A stretch of DNA of 64,000 nucleotides from Promethearchaeota archaeon (GTDB lineage: Archaea > Asgardarchaeota > Lokiarchaeia > Sigyniarchaeales > SOKP01). The position numbers and the translations under genes were made by a program. The notes under the pieces were generated by a model. That model was not told the origin of the DNA. It saw nothing but the letters and a program-made list of their open reading frames with translations, and did not search any database. Location: contig JBHLOJ010000004.1 in NCBI GenBank assembly GCA_048940605.1, positions 4,509-68,508 on the forward strand, in the 5' to 3' direction. Of the stretch, positions 59,314 through 64,000 are shown one piece after another. Positions within the stretch are counted from its first letter, which is position 1. Each line of letters opens with the position of its first letter.

Positions 59314-60351
59314 TTGGATGACACCATTAACCTTAAGCTAATAGTGTTTGGAGAAGGAGAAGTAGGAAAATCATCGATAATAAACGCATTTGTTGGAGAG
59401 GAAATTTCTGAGAGATATATGCCGACAATCGGGAGTTTTACGTTCAGAAAAGAATATAACTTAAAAGAGATATCAAAACTTATTAGATTGACTATCTGGG
59501 ATGTTGGGGGTCAAAAATCCTTCAATCCTTATAACCCAGCTCATTACGCCAATACAGATTTAGCTCTTTTAGTTTTTGATTTAACTAAACCAGAAATCAC
59601 ACTAAAGAATCTTAAGAAAGAATTTGAGGAAAAAATGAGTAATATCTTTGAAGAATGTATATCTATCTTTGTAGGAAATAAATTGGATTTATTTGTTGTA
59701 GATAAAGGAATTAAAGATACTCTCCAAGAATATTTTAGTGATAGAGATCATTTTATATTATTATCTGCTAAAACTGGTGTAAATGTTAGAGAATGTTTTG
59801 AACTATTGGTTTATACATATCTACAGAGAGCAGAATTATTAGTTCCTGATTTAGTTCAAGAAGGTTCTGCTAATCTTTTTTTAAAATCAATAGGGAGGGA
59901 TGAAAAGTCTTTAAAGAGTAATATAACAAGTTTAAAATCTATAGATTCCGTTTTAGAGAAGCTTAAATCAATACCTAAAAAAAAAGCAGAAATTTCTCCT
60001 AAAAAAGATACAAATGAATTAAAATATCATGAATTTATTCAACAAGAAGTCCTTAAAGTTGGGCAACAAAAAGATAATATTCATGATCAATTTCTAATAG
60101 ATTTATCTGAATTGGATAAAGCTTTAACTCACATTCAGAAATCGAGTATAAAATCAACTAGTGATGTGATCTATAATTTAAAAAATGTATTAACGATATC
60201 AAAAAAGGATTTTGAACAAAATCTTGATTTAATCCAAAAATTGAATAGAGAGGAGAATGAACTAATGATAATCCTCTCTAAACTTAAAAATGAAAATCAA
60301 GAAGCCGAGAATCAAGATCCAAATTATCAAAATAAAGTATATAATATTTAA
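59314..60351 (+). CDS. Rab-like small GTPase with a long C-terminal coiled-coil extension
   Basis: G1 GEGEVGKS, G2 PTIG, G3 WDVGGQ, G4 NKLD, G5 SAK; helical tail of about 170 aa. Confidence 0.9.
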   Translation: MDDTINLKLIVFGEGEVGKSSIINAFVGEEISERYMPTIGSFTFRKEYNLKEISKLIRLTIWDVGGQKSFNPYNPAHYANTDLALLVFDLTKPEITLKNLKKEFEEKMSNIFEECISIFVGNKLDLFVVDKGIKDTLQEYFSDRDHFILLSAKTGVNVRECFELLVYTYLQRAELLVPDLVQEGSANLFLKSIGRDEKSLKSNITSLKSIDSVLEKLKSIPKKKAEISPKKDTNELKYHEFIQQEVLKVGQQKDNIHDQFLIDLSELDKALTHIQKSSIKSTSDVIYNLKNVLTISKKDFEQNLDLIQKLNREENELMIILSKLKNENQEAENQDPNYQNKVYNI

Positions 60352-60361
60352 TAACAAATAG

Positions 60362-61282
60362 GTGATAAAAATTTCAAAACCTGAAGAAATACTAATGAAG
60401 GATTTCCAAAATTTAAAAGAACAAATGAAAAAAATAGATCAAAAACTAAATCAACAGATTAAATCGCTTGATCAGAAAACTCTTGATATTATGAATAAAT
60501 CTGAGAAGAGATTAACTGATCAATTGAAGAAAATAGAACAGAAAATAGAAAATGATATCAATAAACTCGATCAAAATATTACTAACCAAATTATCAAACT
60601 AGAGCAAGGTTCTATTGATAAAATTGACAGATTTGAGAAAAGATTGGATGAACAAATTGATATTATAAATAAAGAAATTGAAGATATTACTAATATTTTT
60701 GATCAAGAGTTAGGAGATAAATTCAATAATCTCAATACTAAGATAGAAGGAAATAATAAAAAATTAATAGAAGAATTGGAAAGCACTTCAAGCAAACATG
60801 ATAAGAATCTTAATGATCAAATTCTAAATGTAGAGGATAAAATCAAAATCATTATTAATAGTATAAAAGCAGTAAATGATGATTTTTCTCTAAAATTTCA
60901 AAAAATGAAAGGGGAATTTGATACGAAAGAAGAAGTACTTAGAGATATGTTAAAGAAATTTGAGGAAGATAGTATTGAATTCAAAAATACCCTTCAACCA
61001 GAATTAGAGGATATTAAAAGTCAACAAGATCTAGTCAAAATAACCGTAGATGTACTTAAAAAACAAATCTTTGAAAGTGCTAAAGAATGGATTAATGATG
61101 AGATTAAATTAGCATGTAAAAATAAAGAACGAGAAATTTTAATGAACTTATGGATTGATGAACTTAAAGAAGTTATCGAAAATTTTGATAAATTAAAACA
61201 AACAAACCCAAAAGAATTAAAAATTCATATAAACGAAATCTCAAACACAATTGATTCATTTCGTCAAAGGTTTATAAAATAG
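60362..61282 (+). CDS. Coiled-coil protein with 11-residue (hendecad/apolipoprotein-like) repeats
   Basis: QKLNQQIKSLD / QKTLDIMNKSE / KRLTDQLKKIE / QKIENDINKLD / QNITNQIIKLE and further repeats; 10 bp after the GTPase gene. Confidence 0.8.
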   Translation: MIKISKPEEILMKDFQNLKEQMKKIDQKLNQQIKSLDQKTLDIMNKSEKRLTDQLKKIEQKIENDINKLDQNITNQIIKLEQGSIDKIDRFEKRLDEQIDIINKEIEDITNIFDQELGDKFNNLNTKIEGNNKKLIEELESTSSKHDKNLNDQILNVEDKIKIIINSIKAVNDDFSLKFQKMKGEFDTKEEVLRDMLKKFEEDSIEFKNTLQPELEDIKSQQDLVKITVDVLKKQIFESAKEWINDEIKLACKNKEREILMNLWIDELKEVIENFDKLKQTNPKELKIHINEISNTIDSFRQRFIK

Positions 61283-61463
61283 TTTATAAGAACTAATTAT
61301 AATCATTATAATTTCTTGAAAAACAAAATTAATTTATCCTATTCCTTTTTATCCTTCAAATTTTCTATTATTCAATCATAAATCTGATACCTAATTTTAT
61401 TTAAAATTCAATATATAGAATAATAAAATAAGAAAAAACTCTATGACAGGATTGATATATTAA

Positions 61464-62423
61464 ATGACCCCAGATATAATTTCACTCGGAGAATTATTAG
61501 TAGAGATTATGCGAACAGAATTAGATACACCACATAAGGTAGTTGGTGCTACTTATAAAGGACCTTTCCCAAGCGGTGCCCCAGCTATTTTTATTAGCTC
61601 AGCAGCTCGTATGGGAAAAGCATTTAATTTCAGTTCAGGATTTATTGGTATCGTAGGAAATGATGAATTTGGGAGTAGTATAATAGAAAAATTACAAAAA
61701 GATGGAGTTGATGTATCCCAAATTAGAATATCGAATAATGAGACTACAGGGGTCGCTTTTAATCAATATAATTCAGACGGTTCTCGCAAATTCATATTCG
61801 CTGCAGGAGCGGCTGGAAAAACAACACCTTCAGATATTAATGATTACTATTTTGAAGATGTAAAATGCCTACATATTATGGGAAGTGCCCTTTCAATTAG
61901 TGAAAATTCACGTGAAGCATGTTATAAGGCGATAAAAATAGCTAAAGAAAAAAATCCAAGCGTGATAATTTCATTTGATCCAAATTTAAGACCAGAACTA
62001 CTTGATTTAGAGACCTTACTGAAAATTTGTAAACCCGTTTTAGAAACAACAGAAATATTATTACCAAGTGAAGAAGAAGCTGAAATGTTAGTAGGAATGA
62101 ATGATTGTATTGAAGCCTGCCAGAAATTGCTAACTATTGGTCCAAAAGTAATAGTATTAAAACAAGGGAAGAGAGGATGTACGATTTTTACTAAAGATAA
62201 TCCAAATGGTGCTAATATAGAAGGATTCAAAGTTATTGAGGTTGATCCAACAGGAGCAGGAGACTCATTTGGTGGTGCTTTCGTTGTAGGCTATTTAGCA
62301 GGATGGGATTTGAAGAAGTCTGCCAGATTTGCAAATATTGTCGGAGCAAAAAAAGTGGAACATTTTGGACCTATGCCGGATACGACTTATGAAGAAGTTA
62401 TTAAATTAATGGAAAAGTATTAA
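61464..62423 (+). CDS. PfkB family sugar kinase
   Basis: Motifs LGELLVE, SGAPAI, VG.D.FG, FDPNLR and DPTGAGDSFGG. Confidence 0.95.
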   Translation: MTPDIISLGELLVEIMRTELDTPHKVVGATYKGPFPSGAPAIFISSAARMGKAFNFSSGFIGIVGNDEFGSSIIEKLQKDGVDVSQIRISNNETTGVAFNQYNSDGSRKFIFAAGAAGKTTPSDINDYYFEDVKCLHIMGSALSISENSREACYKAIKIAKEKNPSVIISFDPNLRPELLDLETLLKICKPVLETTEILLPSEEEAEMLVGMNDCIEACQKLLTIGPKVIVLKQGKRGCTIFTKDNPNGANIEGFKVIEVDPTGAGDSFGGAFVVGYLAGWDLKKSARFANIVGAKKVEHFGPMPDTTYEEVIKLMEKY

Positions 62424-62987
62424 TTATCATATAATCATATATTAAATTTAACTTTCCTTAAGGATAATATGAAAATTTTTTGAATGATTAGAAGCAATAC
62501 ATCTTAAATTGCATATACCTAACAACCTAATCTAATAAAAATTACCATCATTATGTTTTAATGAGAAAAGAAACAGATTCAGTTATTCTATTGAAGGTAA
62601 TTAAATTTTAGAAGGAGAATTGAGTCTGTTCGGGCGGAAATATCAGACAAAGTTTTAATGTTACTTTACAATCATACCAAAAGACTTCAATAATCCCATT
62701 TTAATAAGATTCCAAATAAAAAATGAAATAAGTACCTATTTAAACTTTTTTATTGATTCTGAGCTTTATCAGAGAAATATAAGAGAAAAGATTAAAATTT
62801 AAATATTTGAAATAAGTATATTTCATAAGATACTTATTAGTATTTGATGTGAAATAAATGATCGATTATTTAAATCGACACATGTTTAAACAAATTTGCG
62901 ATCAAAATAAATAAATTTTATACTTTCTAATTCTAATTTTAAATGAGGTAAACATATTATAATTCCAATATTCAAAAACGTGAAATA

Positions 62988-64000
62988 ATGACCAAAGAAC
63001 TTGATGAAGAAGATAAGGAAGTCAAATCAGAAAAGGAAATTGAGAAGATAGATAAGGAATTTTTATCTAAAGCAAAAAATTCCAGAGATATTATAGATAA
63101 AAAATTGAGAACTTTCGAGAATAGTATTGAAAATATCTCAGAAACAATTACTAATGGCAATGTAGAAGAAGAGAAAGAAATAAGTAGGAAAGAAGGAGAA
63201 CAAATCAGTGAAGAAATAAAAGAAGCACAAATTATGCTTGAAAATCTCTCTAAGAAAATTGATGATAAAGAAGAGTATTTAGCCGCTATTGAAGAAACAA
63301 TCTCTACTCTTGAAGAGAAGTACAATAAAAAAACAGAAGAAATGAAAAATCTGGAGGAACGTTTTGAAATTACAAAAGAAAGCAAAGATATTCTAGATGA
63401 GGAATATAAGGAACTATTACGGAATAATGAACAATTAGTAAAAACATATGAAAGTAGACAAGTCGATCTAATTGTTCTCACTGATTCTGTTAAAGAAAAA
63501 GTTACAACCCAGGAAGAGTTGAGAAATAAAATTTCAAAACTCAATCAAGAAATATTAGAAAAAGAAGCAAAACTAGAGAAACAGAGAGAGGAATCTGAGA
63601 GTTTAGAGAAAAAAATAAAAAGTCAAAGTGCTGAAAATGAAACTCTAAGATTTTACATTAATAAAAACAAGGTTGAATTAGAACATTCTAATTCAGAAAT
63701 TGAGGCAAAAGAAGAAGAAAGAAAACTATTAACAGAACAAATTGAAAAGAAAGAAACACGTATAAGGGAAATAGAACATAAAATTGAAGAATATCACGAT
63801 GGATTTCCTGAAATGGAAAAACAGAGAGAAACTTATGAAGAACTTCTTGCTAAATATAAAATTCAGCTAACAGATAAACAGCAACAATTAATTGACATAG
63901 AATCTCGAATCCAAGATCTTAAAGACACCACTGAATCCTTGGATGAACAAATAATTGCTAAACAAAACTTAATTGATGCGAATGAAAAGAGATTAGAAGA
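62988..64000 (+). CDS. Long coiled-coil protein (over 330 aa, E/K-rich), runs off the right window edge
   Basis: Not in the track because it has no stop in the window. Open frame from ATG 62988: MTKELDEEDKEVKSEKEIEK...QNLIDANEKRLE. Confidence 0.85.
   Translation, partial: MTKELDEEDKEVKSEKEIEKIDKEFLSKAKNSRDIIDKKLRTFENSIENISETITNGNVEEEKEISRKEGEQISEEIKEAQIMLENLSKKIDDKEEYLAAIEETISTLEEKYNKKTEEMKNLEERFEITKESKDILDEEYKELLRNNEQLVKTYESRQVDLIVLTDSVKEKVTTQEELRNKISKLNQEILEKEAKLEKQREESESLEKKIKSQSAENETLRFYINKNKVELEHSNSEIEAKEEERKLLTEQIEKKETRIREIEHKIEEYHDGFPEMEKQRETYEELLAKYKIQLTDKQQQLIDIESRIQDLKDTTESLDEQIIAKQNLIDANEKRLE

Noticed and set aside
62550-62760. GC-richer patch with a GTCTG...CAGAC hairpin as an ncRNA
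   Set aside because: The stem is only 5 bp. The plus strand reads as a stop-interrupted remnant (IEGN*ILEGELSLFGRKYQTKF*) that cannot be assigned.
3352-63544. Short overlapping ORFs in the track (e.g. 3352, 4828, 6510, 7528, 14323, 16775, 37510, 39285, 53389, 54675, 55969, 61922, 62972)
   Set aside because: They are antisense shadows of well-supported genes and have no motifs of their own.
1-64000. CRISPR arrays, tRNA/rRNA, IS elements, integrases, inteins, selenoproteins
   Set aside because: No spaced direct repeats, cloverleaf or GC-rich structural RNA, transposase or integrase motifs, intein signatures (RadA and helicase cores are uninterrupted) or Sec-type read-through were seen by eye. 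tRNAscan and Infernal were not run.

Overview
AT-rich (under ~30% GC by eye), gene-dense archaeal chromosome segment, most likely from an Asgard archaeon of the Lokiarchaeia type. This assignment is an inference from RadA, an archaea-specific DUF5814/COG1202-like helicase, GGTGA/AGGT ribosome-binding motifs, oligo-T terminators and many eukaryotic-signature proteins. Housekeeping genes include aspartokinase, a PGI-like protein, RadA, AcdB, a Ca-type P-ATPase, acyl-CoA dehydrogenase, ComD/ComE, a CoA-transferase, a polyprenyl synthase, GuaB, PurH, FolD, a ThrC-like enzyme and a PfkB kinase. Eukaryote-like genes include an actin-family protein with a double zinc-ribbon insertion, two Rab-like GTPases (one with a coiled-coil tail, next to an 11-residue-repeat protein), longin-like domains (one as the cytoplasmic tail of a ~1570-1610 aa surface protein), a HEAT+LRR protein, a HEAT plus tandem winged-helix (UFL1/PCI-like) protein and an SSUH2-like zinc-finger protein. 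The best candidate for an undescribed system is the cluster at 21452-24613: a PCI-like protein, a tandem C2HC zinc-finger protein and an Rpn11/CSN5-type JAMM protein fused to an alpha-SNAP-like TPR region. At least three genes appear to need non-canonical starts (ATA, CTG, ATT). I saw no rRNA, tRNA, CRISPR array or transposase. All family calls come from reading motifs by eye; no database search was run.
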